A program made the position numbers and the translations under genes. From Eledone cirrhosa (taxonomy: Eukaryota), in assembly GCA_964016885.1 (NCBI GenBank), contig OZ024747.1, positions 53,444,001 to 53,508,000 of the forward strand: DNA of 64,000 nucleotides. Reading direction: 5' to 3'. Every line of letters begins with the position of its first letter. Position 1 is the first letter of the stretch. This document shows, piece by piece, positions 26,814 to 41,179 of the stretch. The notes under the pieces were generated by a model that searched no databases, was not told the DNA's origin, and saw only the letters and a program-made list of their open reading frames with translations.

Positions 26814-28937
26814 GAGGCGACGGATGAGGTTTGTGGCTGGAGTAAGACCTCAAGCAGGAGGAGAGTGACTTGGTGGTGGAACGATAAGGTAGATGAAGCA
26901 GTCAAGGCCAAGAGACAGGCATGGAAAGAATGGAAGAACGGGGGGTGCAGGGTACATTACATAGAGACCAAGAGGGAAGCTAGGCGACAAGTATACTTAG
27001 CTAGGAGGGAAGCAGAGGATAGAAAATTCAAGCATGTTTTACAACGTGAGGACCAGAAACAGGAGGTATTCAAGATTGCGAGGCAGTGTGTCAGAGATAG
27101 TTGTGATGTCATTGGAGAGAAGTGTATCCGGAATGATAAAGGTGAGCTTGCCCTCACAAGTGCTGAGAAGAAAGATGCATGGAAGAGTCATTATGATAGA
27201 TTACTAAATGAGGAGAATGCATGGGAAGAAGAGACCCTACCCCACGTAGACCCTATAGAGGGACCAGCAGTACAAGTCAGCGGCAGCGTAGTAAGTAAGG
27301 CAATCAGAGATATGAAGATAGGGAAGGCAACCGGTCCATCGGGTATAGCTGCCCAGATGCTGAAGGCATCTGGGTCTGTAGGTCACACTATAACCACACG
27401 TATCGTTAACCAGGTAATACTAGAGGGGGCCATACCAAAAGATTGGTGCAGTAGCATCATTGTCAACTGCTACAAAGGTAAAGGCGATGCACTAGATAGA
27501 GGAAACTATAGAGGTATAAAGTTGATGGACCAGGTCATGAAAGTAACAGAAAGAGTTATAGCACAGCTGATTAGGGACCGGGTGAATATAGACGAGATGC
27601 AATTTGGGTTTGTACCAGGGAAAGGCACCACTGATGCGCTCTTCCTTGTAAGGCAATTACAGGAAAAGTACCTAGCTAAAAGTAAGCCACTCTACTTGGC
27701 ATTTGTCGACCTTGAGAAAGCCTTTGACAGAGTTCCACGTGCAGTAATCTGGTGGGCTCTTAGAAAACTAGGAGTAGATGAATGGCTTGTGAAAGCGGTA
27801 CAAGCCATGTATAGGGGAGCAGTCAGCAAAGTTAGGATTGGCAATGAGTATAGCGAGGAATTTAGCGTACAGGTTGGGGTCCACCAGGGCTCTGTTCTTA
27901 GCCCTCTCCTGTTCATCATAGTCCTGCAGGCAATAACGGAGGAGTTTAAGACCGGATGCCCATGGGAACTCCTGTATGCTGATGACCTCGCACTCATAGC
28001 TGAATCTATGGTAGAACTAGAGAATAAATTCCAAACCTGGAAGCAGGGACTAGAGAGAAAGGGCCTCAAAGTCAACATGACAAAGACTAAGGTCCTTATA
28101 AGTAGACGAGAAAACAGAACCCAGATCCCCTCAGGGAAATGGCCTTGCTCAGTATGTAGGAAAGGTGTAGGTAGGAACTCCATTCTTTGCCCCAAATGCA
28201 AACAATGGGTACACAAGAGATGTAGCGGGATCTCAGGAAGCTTAATTAAGAATGTAGGATTCACATGCAGCAGCTGTGCTGAAACAGCAAGCAAACAGCC
28301 ACAGGAAACAAGTACCACCAATCTCTGGGAGGGCCCTGTAGAAACAGTAGACAGCTTCTGCTACCTAGGTGACCGAATTAGCAACGGAGGTGGGTGCTCA
28401 GAAAGTACAATAACTAGGGTAAGAACGGGATGGAAGAAGTTTAGGGAACTACTACCACTGCTAGCTGCAAAAGGCTTCTCCCTCAGAATGAAAGGCAGAC
28501 TGTATGATGCGTGTATCCGAACAGCGATGTTGCATGGTAGTGAGACCTGGGCGCTGAAGGTGGAAGACTTACGTAGATTAGAGAGAAACGAAGCCTGCAT
28601 GCTCCGATGGATGTGTAACAGTAATATACGTGAACGACAAAGCATAAAGGAATTGAGAGAGAGACTGAGCATAAGAGGAATCAAATGCTGCGTGCAGGAG
28701 AGGCGGTTACGCTGGTATGGACATGTGATGCGTATGAAGGATGACAGCTGCATAAAAAGGTGCAGAGCACTAGAAGTTGATGGAAACCGCGGAGTGGGGA
28801 GACCCAAGATGACTTGGGATGAGGTGATAAAAGCCGACCTTACCCAACTACACCTCTCAAAGTCAATGACACACGACCGTGACTTCTGGCGTCACGCAGT
28901 AATACAGGGTACCCGACCTCCCATGGGTACATGCTGA
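26814..28937 (+). CDS. Reverse transcriptase ORF of an RTE-clade LINE (5'-truncated, no APE endonuclease), with internal PHD-like Cys/His finger
   Basis: About 707 uninterrupted codons. Motifs include [71 protein letters not shown] and GRPK..W. The finger reads CSVC..CPKC..WVHKRC..CSSC. The ORF-track N-terminus (26466-26813) is microsatellite. Confidence 0.95.
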   Translation, partial: EATDEVCGWSKTSSRRRVTWWWNDKVDEAVKAKRQAWKEWKNGGCRVHYIETKREARRQVYLARREAEDRKFKHVLQREDQKQEVFKIARQCVRDSCDVIGEKCIRNDKGELALTSAEKKDAWKSHYDRLLNEENAWEEETLPHVDPIEGPAVQVSGSVVSKAIRDMKIGKATGPSGIAAQMLKASGSVGHTITTRIVNQVILEGAIPKDWCSSIIVNCYKGKGDALDRGNYRGIKLMDQVMKVTERVIAQLIRDRVNIDEMQFGFVPGKGTTDALFLVRQLQEKYLAKSKPLYLAFVDLEKAFDRVPRAVIWWALRKLGVDEWLVKAVQAMYRGAVSKVRIGNEYSEEFSVQVGVHQGSVLSPLLFIIVLQAITEEFKTGCPWELLYADDLALIAESMVELENKFQTWKQGLERKGLKVNMTKTKVLISRRENRTQIPSGKWPCSVCRKGVGRNSILCPKCKQWVHKRCSGISGSLIKNVGFTCSSCAETASKQPQETSTTNLWEGPVETVDSFCYLGDRISNGGGCSESTITRVRTGWKKFRELLPLLAAKGFSLRMKGRLYDACIRTAMLHGSETWALKVEDLRRLERNEACMLRWMCNSNIRERQSIKELRERLSIRGIKCCVQERRLRWYGHVMRMKDDSCIKRCRALEVDGNRGVGRPKMTWDEVIKADLTQLHLSKSMTHDRDFWRHAVIQGTRPPMGTC

Positions 28938-29236
28938 AGCATATAAACAATATGCCCCCCCCCCCCGCAAGGTGGTCGTGGAGGTGCCACGGCAAAAAAG
29001 CACCCAGCCCACACTGTAAAGTGGACGTGTAGGCGCCACGAAAAAGCACCCAGCACTCACTGTAAATGAGGTTGGTGTTAGGAAGGGCATCCAGCTGTAG
29101 AAATCAAGCCAGATCAGTTCCTGTATGAGCAAGGCATGGTCAGCCGACCAGACACTGCCCACAACAGGACAACCCGTCTAACCCATGCTAGCGTGGAAGA
29201 ACGGACGTAAAACGGTGATGATGATGATGATGATGA

Positions 29237-29240
<4 letters not shown>
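26814..29240 (+). mobile_element. RTE-clade LINE, 5'-truncated, with 3' UTR and (GAT)n tail
   Basis: The RT ORF is followed by a ~280-bp UTR with tandem ~50-bp units and a terminal stem-loop, then (GAT)n. It is embedded in (TA)n. Confidence 0.92.
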
Positions 29241-29283
<43 letters not shown>

Positions 29284-29459
29284 TGTGTGTATGAATGTGT
29301 GTGTGCATGTGTGTGTGTAAAATGAGACAAAGTACACATACACACAAACATTCATACAAACACACACAAATACACTTACATACACACTTATGTACACCCA
29401 CCAACATACATGGAATATTCTCACAGTTTGCCCAACCAATTCCAGCTTATTTCTCTGCC

Positions 29460-30410
29460 CACCCCACCATGTCACCCACCCCACCATGTCACCCACCTCA
29501 ACCTAGTCACCCACCCGACCATGCCACCCACCCCACCAGGTCACCCACCTCATCATGCCACCCACCACACCATGTCACCCACTCCACCATATCACTCACC
29601 CCACCAGGTCACCCACCCCACCATGTCACCCACCCCACCATGTCACCCACTCCACCATGTCACCCACTCCACCATGTCACCCACCACAATCTAGACACCC
29701 ACCACACCATGTCACCCACCCCCTAGCCACCTCCCACCATGTCACCCCCTAGCCACCTTCCACCATGTCACCCACCCACCTAGCCACCTCCCACCATGTC
29801 ACCCACCCCCTAGCCACCTCCCACCATGTCACCCCCATAGCCACCTCCCACCAGGTCACCCACCCACCTAGCCACCTCCCACCATGTCACCCACCCCCTA
29901 GCCACCTTCCACCATGTCACCCACCCACCTAGCCACCTTCCACCATGTCACCCACCCCCACCTAGCCACCTCCCACCATGTCACCCACCCACCTAGCCAC
30001 CTCCCACCATGTCACCCACCCCCACCTAGCCATCTCCCACCATGTCACCCACCCCCACCTAGCCACCTCCCACCATGTCACCCACCCACCTAGCCACCTT
30101 CCACCATGTCACCCACCCACCTAGCCACCTCCCACCATGTCACCCACCCCCACCTAGCCACCTCCCACCATGTCACCCACCCCCACCTAGCCACCTCCCA
30201 CCATGTCACCCACCCCCACCTAGCCACCTTCCACCATGTCACCCACCCACCTAGCCACCTCCCACCATGTCACCCACCCCCACCTAGCCACCTCCCACCA
30301 TGTCACCCACCCCCACCTAGCCACCTTCCACCATGTCACCCACCCACCTAGCCACCTCCCACCATGTCACCCACCCCCACCTAGCCATCTCCCACCATGT
30401 CACCCAGCCC
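29460..30410. repeat. C-rich minisatellite, ~27-33 bp
   Basis: CCTAGCCACCTCCCACCATGTCACCCACCC repeated. Confidence 0.9.
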
Positions 30411-30588
30411 CCACATAGTTACCCCACCAAACCAAGTCCCACAATGTCACCCCCATACCATCTCAACGCCCCCATCCCATGTCAGCTGCAGTCTCCATAT
30501 TGTAAATTTCTTTTCCCCCCTCCACCTTACCCTCACTTTCATGATACTACACAACACACAAACACAGTAATGGTACTATTCTTATAAC

Positions 30589-30627
<39 letters not shown>

Positions 30628-30811
30628 ATATACATACACATATACATACATATATATATATATATACATACACACACACACATTCCTGCACTCAACTACT
30701 CAATCACAGTAATACAATCACTACCACTACTACTACTACTACTAATATCAACATCACTAATACAACCCCACACACCATGAACACTAGCACCCCCTCCTCC
30801 TCTCCCCTCAC

Positions 30812-31650
30812 ACACCACCACTACCACCACGTATACCACCACTCTAACCATATACCAGTCATCAACAGCACCACTACCACCAGCACCACCACCATTCTAA
30901 CCATTTACCAGCCATCAACACCACCATTAACCCCACCACCAGCACCACCTCCACTCTAACCATCCACCAGTCATCAACACCACCATTAACACCAGCACCA
31001 CCAGCACCACCACCACTCTAACCATCTACCAGTCATCAACACCACCATTAACACCACCAACACCACTGTCATCACCACCACTCTAACCATCCACCAGTCA
31101 TCAACACCACCATTAACCCCTCCAACACCACCAGCACCACCTCCACTCTAACCATCCACCAGTCATCAACACCACCATTAACCCCTCCAACACCACCAGC
31201 ACCACCTCCACTCTAACCATCCACCAGTCATCAACACCACCATTAACACCACCAACACCACTGTCATCACCACCACTCTAACCATCTATCAGTCATCAAC
31301 AGCACCACTACCACCAGCACCACCACCATTCTAACCATCTACCAGCCATCAACACCACCATTAACCCCACCATCAGCACCACCTCCACTCTAACCATCCA
31401 CCAGTCATCAACACCACCATTAACACCACCAACACCACCACCAGCACCACCACCACTCTAACCATCTACCAGTCATCAACACCACCATTAACACCACCAA
31501 CACCACCAGCACCACCACCACCAACAGCCACCATTACACCACCAACACCCACACCCACCATTACACCACCAACACCCACACCCACCATTACACCACCGAC
31601 ACCCACCCACCCACCATTACACCACCAACACCCACCATTACACCACCCTC
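30812..31650. repeat. (CCA)-derived minisatellite, ~60-66 bp
   Basis: CCACTCTAACCATC.ACCAGTCATCAACACCACCATTAAC repeated. Confidence 0.88.
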
Positions 31651-32879
31651 CTGACACCATCATATGTCTTGTCCCTCATTTCATCTACGCAGCCTCACAC
31701 ATTCCATTCCGCCACTACCACCACCACTACCCCCCCCTAATATGCCACCATCGTTTCCCCCCACTACCTCATCATTGCTATTACATCCATCAGTGGTGCC
31801 GGCATCTCACCCCTGTTCTCATTACCCCCTCCCCTCACTCATCTCAGATCCACCATCAAGCTACCATCTTCACAACAGAATTCTCAGCATATAACTACAA
31901 AGGACCACCACAACTAAATTGTAAAAGCAAGTTCAATGAGTTAGAATCATTATGATCACACCCATACTTCCTTGGAGGGTGAAGGCACCTAACATAGCCT
32001 TTAGCTCATATCATAAAGTTCATTGTGTCCTTGGGCAAGACACTTTATTTTTCACATTGCTCCATTTTACTCAGCTGGCAAAAATATGTTGTATCTGTAG
32101 TTCAAAAGACCAACCTTGTCACATAGAGAATCATGCTGCATATTCATGAGAAGATTTTACATAAAGGGTATATCAATGGAATGCTCAACCACACACCTGA
32201 AGCTTCCTGAGAATTAGAGTACGAGTGGAAGAAAGAATGATAAAGTAGAACGAATTAGATACTTAATAAATGGTGGTTGATTGAGAGAAGGGAAAATGAT
32301 CAGGAAGCTCCATTTTCAAGAGATGTCACCGCAAGTTACTTTTAAATTTTCTTTGATCAGTCAGGTGTCAGTTTACCTGGAAAGAAGTAATGCAGTTATA
32401 AATAAAAAGAGTTGAAATTAATGCATGCAAGATTTCCCAGTTCTAGCATCACTCCTTTATAGTCATCCTATGTAAATTTCAGCCCAGCCTTGTATTACTA
32501 AATCACTCCAATATTTTGTGATTTTCAAAATTATTTGAAAAACTACAGGCAGTGTCTTTCATTAGAAATATGGTGAGAAAAGAGTTAAATAAAAAGACCT
32601 TGATAATGAAAAGTTTCAAAACCTGTCTTAGACACAAGATGGTTGAAAAAGAAGAAAAATATTGGATGGTCACAACTGGAACACCATTGACCATAAATCT
32701 GTTAGATCAAACTATCCTGGAGTTAAACAACAATGGCATCATGTACCACTTTGGGATATTTCATGGTAAATTTCAACTGCCAGATGTCTTTCCTGGCATC
32801 AACCCACACTTATCACCAATTGAGGATGTGAAAACATAGATAAACATATATATATATATATATATATACATGAAAATGA

Positions 32880-33032
32880 CAGTCATCCACATAGTTTCCA
32901 TCTACCAAATGAACTCACAAAGCATTGGCAGGGTCATGGCTATAGTAGACAAAGGTTAGCCAAGGTGCCCCATGGTGGGATTGAGCCTGTAACCACATGA
33001 TTGAAAAGTGAACAACTTAAACACATAGCCAG
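32880..33032 (-). mobile_element. Old CORE-type SINE (decayed relatives at ~17700-17850 and ~19235-19385)
   Basis: Shared TTCCA..TACCAAAT..ACTCACAAAGCATTGG...GGCTATAGTAG...CCAAGGTG. Confidence 0.55.
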
Positions 33033-33063
33033 ATACTCATGACATGGTATTTTTCATTTCATT

Positions 33064-33238
33064 CAGTATCGGTAGAGGGTCGGACGCCATGCTTTCCAGC
33101 ATAGTTACGTCCCTTTACGATCTGAGTTCAAATCCCACCAAGGTTGACTTTGCCTTTCATCCTTACGGGGTCGATAAAATAAAGTACCAGTAATGCACTG
33201 GGTAATTGCTGGCCTTGTGCCTAAAGTAGAAACAATTA
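33064..33238 (+). mobile_element. SINE family B
   Basis: Near-identical to 1998-2183. Confidence 0.8.
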
Positions 33239-34249
33239 TCACTCCTAGATATAATAACTTTATACACATTGTAAATTGGTTGGTATTAGGAAGGGTATCC
33301 AGCTGTAGATAACCAAAACAGGAATCAAGAACATGACAACCTCTCTAGTGCTGGTGCAACAATAATGTGCACCCGGTACACTTTGTAATTTGCTGGAACA
33401 TATATCTGGGATGTGATGCAGCCCTCAGCCTGTATGAGGTCTCCATAGCTCTGACTAAGTACTGACTAGGTCTGTGATGACCCCAATCAACCTATGACAA
33501 CATGGAAAATGGAATTCAAATAATGATGATGATGATGATGATGATGATATTGTTAATGATGATGATGATGATGATCATGACATTGTTAATGAGGATGATC
33601 ATGATGATCGTGATGATGATCATGATGATGGGTGATGATGGTGATGGTGATGGTAATGATGATGATGGTGATGATGATACTGATGATGATGATGATGAAG
33701 ATTATGGTGGTGATGAAGATGATGAACATGATGATGATGATAATGATGATGATGGAGATGATGCTAGTGAGTCCTTGGCAGTGAGAAGGCTGGGAACTTC
33801 TCTAGATGCATGAGGGTTGAGAAAGTATTGGTTAGTCATGACTAGCATGTTAACGATCACAGATATGTTGATGACTAGATCAACCCTGACCTGGGGTTAA
33901 ACAACAACAACAACAACTGCAACAACAGCAACAACTGCAACGACAGCAAAACAACAACAACTGCAATGACAGCAAAACAACAACAACTGCAACGACAGCA
34001 AAACAACAACAACTGCAACAACAGCAACAACTGCAACAACAGCAACAACTGCAACAACAGCAACAACTGCAACAACAGCAAAACAACAACAACAGCAACA
34101 ACAACAACAACATTAACTACAACAACAATAACTACAACAACAACTACAACAGCAACAAGAGTAACTACAACAACAACATTATAGGCTATAAATAAATTAA
34201 ACTTTGAAGCAATGTCTCTACAGATGGAAGCTTTTAGATTATATCTTCA

Positions 34250-35310
34250 TTGGAGGAAATAAAATCACTATTTCCTCTCTTTCACCTCTTTCATTTCCTT
34301 CACTTCCTTCTTATCCTATCTTCCCCTTCATCCTCTCTTTCAAAATCTTCCACTCTTTCGTCTTCCTTCGTCGTCTGTCGTTACCTTCCTCACCACACAC
34401 AGTCCTTCCCTTCATCGCCTACCTCCTCCTCCTCCTCCTCCTCCTCCTCCTTTCCCTCCTTCATCACTTACCTCTCAAAATCCTTCCCTTCATCACCTAC
34501 CTCGCCCTCCTCTCCTCCCCAACACCACCCTCTCTCTCTCTCTCTCTCTCCTTCACCACCCACCCACCCCTACCTTCCACCAACCCATTCTCTCCCTCCC
34601 AACACTCCCTCTCCTTCACCCCCCTCTCCTTCACCCCCCTCTCCTTCACCCCCTCCTTCGCCACCACCCTCCCTCCCTCCTCCCTTCAGCCCCACCCCAG
34701 CCATTGAAAATAAATTTAAAATAAAAATACCACTTTATGACTGTCAGATCATAATAAAATATTTGAAAATTTATTACAGCTGCAGATTTACACAAACTTT
34801 TACTTCACCTCTTATGGTTCTCTCTCTCTTTCTCTCTCTCTCTCTTTCTCTTACTCTTTCTCTCTCTCACTCTCTCTCTATCTCTCTCACACACTCTCTC
34901 TCTTTCTCTCTCACTCCCTCCCTCTTTCTCTCTCTCTCTCACTCTCTCTCCCTCTTTCTCTCTCACTCTCTCTTCCTTTCCCTCACTCTTTCTCTCTCAC
35001 ACCCTCTTCCTTTCCATCACTCTTTCTCTCTCACACCCTCTTCCTTTCCATCACTCTTTCTCTCACACCCTCTCTCTTTTCCTCACTCTTTCTCTCTCAT
35101 TCCTTTTTCAGCCTTTATTTTTCATTTTTTTCTGTCTTGGTCCCTTTTCTCTCACTTTCTTTCTTATACTCTCTCTCTCTCTCTCTCTCTCATTTTTCAT
35201 CTTTTCCTCACTTTTTCTTCCTTTGTCTTACTATTTCTTCTTTTGCTTCTTTCTTCCTTTCTTTCTCCCCCTCCTCCCCCAACCAATCATCTCCTTTCTT
35301 CATCTCCTCC
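34250..35310. repeat. Polypyrimidine (CT/CCT) low-complexity tract
   Basis: Direct inspection. Confidence 0.85.
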
Positions 35311-35585
35311 TTCACACCTTATGTGTAGAAGACATTACACTGAGGTCAATAATTATCTCCTTCTTTCTCTCTCTACTTCTTCTATATTTTATATTTTATA
35401 TTTTATATCTCCAGTCAGACATTTTAACCCCTGGTTAAACAAGCTGAGAAACTTTTTGAAAGCTATTTAATTATCAATTTTCATCTACTCTCTACTCTCA
35501 TATATTTATTTAACTATCTGTCTAACCCCTCCCTCTCTCTCTCTCCCTCTCTCACTCTCTCTCTCTCTCTATATATATATATATG

Positions 35586-35667
<82 letters not shown>

Positions 35668-35675
35668 TATATATG

Positions 35676-35730
<55 letters not shown>

Positions 35731-35731
35731 G

Positions 35732-35834
<103 letters not shown>

Positions 35835-36575
35835 GTGTACACATAAAATACACTCACATATGAATTTACTGTTTTTGTTATTATTATCATTATTATTGTT
35901 GTGGTTGTTATTATCATCATTGTTATTTTTTTTTTAAAGATTATTTTTTTCGTTCATCTTTTCCTAACACCATCTTTCAAATAAACTGTTGTATATTTAT
36001 AAATATATAATGCACATTAGCAGTTTGATGAGAAGTGTAAAACATAAATCATTTAGACAACCTGCACGCAGTTTGACTTGAAAATACACATATGCACAGA
36101 AATGCACTTATACACATGCACATAGATATGTACATTTGCATATACATATACATTAAATACATATGCAGTCAAATGCATAGATACGCATTCACAAATACAC
36201 AGATACACATCCATGCAAATAATACGCACAAAGAGATGTATAAAATAATTTTTAAAACTACATAAATAAATAGCAATAAGAGGCAGCCATAGATAAATTA
36301 AAGAAGTTTACAAAATGTATCAAAGATAAACAAAATCAATAATAAGTTTTAAATTAAGCACAAGGCCAGCAATTTGTGTTGAAAGGAAAATTAACTAACT
36401 ATATCAACCCCAGTTTGTTACTGGTACTTTATTTTATTGAACCCTGGAAGGATGAAAGGTAAAATTGACATCAGTGGGATTTGATCTCAGAATGTAATGG
36501 GATGTGACTAAATGCCACAAAGTATTTTCTCTGATGTTCTAGTGGTTTTTCCAAGCAGGGAAAAGCGGACATAAA

Positions 36576-36611
<36 letters not shown>

Positions 36612-36823
36612 TCATTAAATGTATTTGTTTTACAAAGTTTTTGATATGTGCCAAGTCAACAGGGTATTAAAAGTCACAGTGTGTGTTACTATTTTTGGCA
36701 ATAATATTAGGATATGACATGACCCTCCCCAAATATAACAATGTCATTAAAACTAATAATGATAACATACAAAATGGACTCTAACTACACATACTTTTCC
36801 AAACCATTATTAATAACTATTTA

Positions 36824-37037
36824 GGGCGGTGGATTGGCAGTATCGGTAGAGGGTTGGATGCCATGCTTTGCAGAATTACGGCCCTTTAGGGTCTGAGTTC
36901 AAATCCCGGCGAGGTTACTGGTACTTTATTTTATCGACTTTATTTTATCGAGGATGAAAGGCAAAGTCGATAAAATAAAGTACCAGTAATACACAGGGCT
37001 AATTGCTGGCCTTGTGCCAATAGTAGAAACAATTATT
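36824..37037 (+). mobile_element. SINE family B with internal inversion
   Basis: 27-bp inverted arms at 36915-36941 and 36963-36989. Confidence 0.8.
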
Positions 37038-37629
37038 AATAACTTTTTAAGTATGTTTTTTCTTTTCCTAAAGAACTTTTCTCAGAGCTTCATCACAGAG
37101 AAATTACATCTTATCATGAATATGAACCATTAAATCCCCTCACAAAAAAATAACACTTAACACTAGTGCAGACACCATAAACCAACTACATTTAAATGAC
37201 TATTGATGCTATCTCACTTTTAATATTTTTAAAGCATATGGGAAAAAAAACTTCTAGGGAAACATATATTTCTCCCAGTGAGGACTTCACATGATTTTGC
37301 ATCCTATTTGAAATTCTTACTGTCTATAATGGTTGATGTCACCATTTCTGTAATTGATATATATGAGAGTTAATATGTGTGAATAAACTCTGATATGCCG
37401 ATTTTGAACCCATTTCTGATGGTCTCAGTATAAAACCATAAGGAAATTTTGAAAAAAATTTTTGGAAAATATTTCTTTAAAGAACTTTAAATGTAACTAT
37501 ACAACCTCGGTATGAAGCTCTAGTGGCTGAAACATGTGTTAATTCAAAATCGTAGTAATTATTTGGTGCCTTTTATAAACATTATATACATATATATATA
37601 TATTGTATATATATATATATATACAATAT

Positions 37630-37877
37630 ATTAACAAATGGAAACTATATTTATAAAACCATATTTATTTCATTATACATATTTCAAGGACACCAAAGCA
37701 AATTATGGTGCGCTTTCATCAGAGAAAATATAATATAGATCAGTTTTATAAACAAATATTGACATACCCTTAAAGAATGCGACCATGTCGGTTGGAAGCT
37801 CCAAACATTTGTTGAGTGCTTTATATCAGTTATAAAAATATTTGCTTATTGTATCCCAACAAATTAAATATAACTTC

Positions 37878-37880
<3 letters not shown>
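37630..37880. mobile_element. Second, diverged copy of the 10181-10476 element family
   Basis: Shares AAATGGAAACTATATTTATAAAACC... and GAGTGCTTTATATCAGTTATAAAAATATTTGC..., and is TA-flanked. Confidence 0.65.
37666..37730 (-). ncRNA. Minimal type-I hammerhead ribozyme (same family as 10224-10288)
   Basis: Minus strand: TATTTTCT-CTGATGA-AAGcGCACCA...TGGTGTcCTT-GAAA-TATGTA-TA-ATGAAATA. Stem I has one mismatch, and stem II shows a compensatory change relative to the other copy. Confidence 0.68.
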
Positions 37881-37973
<93 letters not shown>

Positions 37974-38118
37974 AGGGGGATGAGGGAGAAGGGGAGGGAG
38001 GTAGAGAGAGAAAGAGACAGACAGACACAACAAGAAAATCAGATGTTCAATAAGTAATGTTGCATTAAACTATATTCAAACACACTCACATATATATAAA
38101 TATGTGTGTGTGTGTGTG

Positions 38119-38852
38119 TGAAAGGCAGACTGTATGATGCGTGTATACAAACACCAATGTTACATGGTAGCGAGACCTGGGCATTGTCTGTAGAAGACTT
38201 GCGTAGATTAGAAAGAAACGAAGCTTGCATGTTCCGATGGATGTGTAATATAGTAATATATGCAAACAGCAAAGCATAAACGAATTGAGAGAGAGACTGA
38301 GCATAAGAGGAATCAAATGCTGTGTGTAGGAGAGGAGGTTGCATTCGTATGGACATGTGATGCGTATGAAGGATGACAGCTGCATAAAAAGGTGCAAAGC
38401 ACTAGAAGTCGATGGAAGCCACGGATTGGGGAGACCCAAGAAGACCTGGCATGAGGTTATAAAAGCTGACCTTACCCAATTGCACCTCTCACTGGCGTCA
38501 CACAGTAATATAGAAGACCCGACTTCCCATGGGTACAAGCTGAAGCTGAAGCATATAGACAATATGCCCCCACCTCCTCCCACTGCAAAGTGGTCGTGGA
38601 GGTGGGGCATGGCAAAAAAGCACCCAGCCCACACTGTAAAGTGGACGTGTAGGCGCCACGGAAAAAAAGCACCCAGTACTCACTGTAAATGAGGTTGGTG
38701 TTAGGAAGGGCATCCAGCTGTAGAAATCAAGCCAGAATCAGTTCCTGAATGAGTAAGACAATGTCAGCTGACCGGGCACTGCCCACAACAGGACAACCCG
38801 TCTAACTCATGCTAGCGTGGAAGAACGGACGTAAAACGGTGATGATGATGAT
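38119..38852 (+). mobile_element. Decayed 3' fragment of the same RTE LINE
   Basis: Colinear with 28489-29240 (KGRLYDAC...[14 protein letters not shown]...), with frameshifts, a deletion and a (GAT)n tail. Confidence 0.9.
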
Positions 38853-40652
38853 ATATATTTAATATATAGTATCTGTGATAGTACCCCCTTTTACTTTTTA
38901 GAGTGGACTAGGTAAATTTCATTATGGTCCCAGCACTTGAGAGGTTGTCATGTACCAGGCAATGTGGAAGGGTTCTCTCAAATGCAATACATTCTCTAGT
39001 AACTTTTGATAGCCAAACACTATAGTTTCTGTTGTTGCACTATATTGATTTTTCCTGTCTCAGTTCTTGTACTAGTGGATGGGCTTTTGCATCATCGCAT
39101 ATTGACAGTCAGCGTAGTCCTGTGTTATCACCTTCATGAAGTTCAGTTTCATATTCAATTGATGGTGTACAACCTTTATAGACCCAAATGATGGTATTCA
39201 GAGAAACTATACTGGGGCAGATGGGCACTTGTTCAGAAGAATTTATTTAATATCTAATTTTTTTTACTCAGCCGTCCTGTGTCTCATTTACTATCTCTGC
39301 TGCCTTTACATTAACAAATATTTGTCTTGTAATTTATACCATATTTTAAAGATGAATTTGTTTTTGTATATGCAACAAAAATTTATTGATTTATAATGTG
39401 GTAATTTTTTAGTGCCAAAAGGACATGTTCTGGAACCATTTGTGTAATGAGTGGAACTGTCTATTATTTCCCAGTTTATATTCAAATTTTGTTCTCTTAG
39501 TTTCCAAATGTGCTTTGAAAGAAATGCTATGCTCCATATGTTTATATTGTGGATGGATTGTATATGATGTAAGTATCTAGCTTTGAATGTCAGGAGACAT
39601 AAAAACTATATACATTAAAAGACAAGGGAAGGAATATCTGTTAATTGATACTGGCATCAAATAATTGTCATGTGATAACAATTCTGCTGTTGTTGTTGCT
39701 GCTTTGTGGTTTCCCCTTCCTTATTATAAGATGCTGTTATGGTAGTAAATGTTGTTTTTATTGTTAATGTCATTGCTGCTACTGCTTTTTATGATGGCGA
39801 TGAAGATGGAACTGATGCTGATGATGATGGTGATGGTGATGAAGGTGGTACTGTTGCTGCTGATGATGGTGATGGAGATGGTACTGTTGCTGCTGATGAT
39901 GATGGTGATGGTGATGAAGATGGTACTGTTGCTGCTGATGTTGGTGATGGTGATGAAGGTGGTACTGTTGCTGCTGCTGCTGATGATGATGGTGGTGATG
40001 GAGATGGTGATGAAGGTGGTACTGTTGCTGATGATGATGATGATGATGATGATGGTGATGGAGATGGTGATGAAGGTGGTACTGTTGCTGCTGATGTTTG
40101 AATCTGTTTCTCTGTCATACCACTCCAAACTACTTCCCCACCATCTCCTCCTTTCACTTAACAACAGCAGCATGGACCCTGTCACTATCGCCACCACCAC
40201 CATCATTACCATTCCAGTCACCACCACTACTATAACTACTATCACCTCCACTCCAGTCACGACTACCACTTCTACTACCACCCAGTCACTATCATGACCA
40301 TCACTACCTCTCTAGTTACCACCACCACCACCATCATTACCATTCCAGTCACCACCACTACCATCACTTTCACTACTATAACTACTATCACCTCCACTCC
40401 AGTCACGACTACCACTTCTACTACCACCCAGTCACTATCATGACCATCACTACCTCTCTAGTTACCACCACCACCACCATCACTACCTCTCTAGTTACCA
40501 CCACCACCACCATTATCAATACTATTACCACTAGCACACCACTTATCATCAACATGATCATCACCATTAACACCACAGCAACAACAATGAACTAATAAAA
40601 GGCCTCTATATTGTTACTTGACCTGCTAGAAGGAACTCCTTATTATCTTCTA

Positions 40653-40841
40653 TAATTGTTTCTACTTTTTGGCACAAGGCCAGCAATTACCCAGTGCATT
40701 ACTGGTACTTTATTTTATCGACCCCGTAAGGATGAAGGGCAAAGTTAACCTCGGCGTGATATGAACTCAGAATGGCAAGGGCCGTAACTCTAAGTGTCAA
40801 AGCATGGAGTCCGACCCTCTACCGATACTGCCAATCCACCG
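40653..40841 (-). mobile_element. SINE family B
   Basis: Homology to 1998-2183. Confidence 0.8.
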
Positions 40842-41051
40842 AGGAAACTTTAGATAATGTAGACTCACTTATGTCTAAAATGACGGGATGGTCATGGCTG
40901 GAATGACTTCCATCATATATCTACTCAATCCCTGTTGGTCTGATGCTAAACATCTACAGCAACATTGAAAATTCTAAAATATGTCACCAATAACATCGAC
41001 AACAACACCAACAATAACAACAACAGTAACAACAACAATATCAGCCACAAT

Positions 41052-41084
<33 letters not shown>

Positions 41085-41148
41085 AATCAATGCTTTGAGA
41101 CTAAACAGCTACAGTAACAACAACATTGAACATTTCAAAATATGTCAC

Positions 41149-41179
<31 letters not shown>

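Noticed and set aside
34250-35470. 406-aa Ser/Leu/Pro ORF
   Set aside because: A polypyrimidine tract lacks stop codons by composition.
37510-37540. Degenerate hammerhead-like ATGA-AGC..GCT-GAAA-CATG-T (similar relics near 5630-5665, 8265-8305 and 16985-17015)
   Set aside because: The catalytic box or stem I is mutated. These are possibly dead copies but cannot be called.
39780-40100. Several CTGATGA matches
   Set aside because: They arise from GCT/GAT microsatellite junctions and have no stem II, GAAA or stem I.
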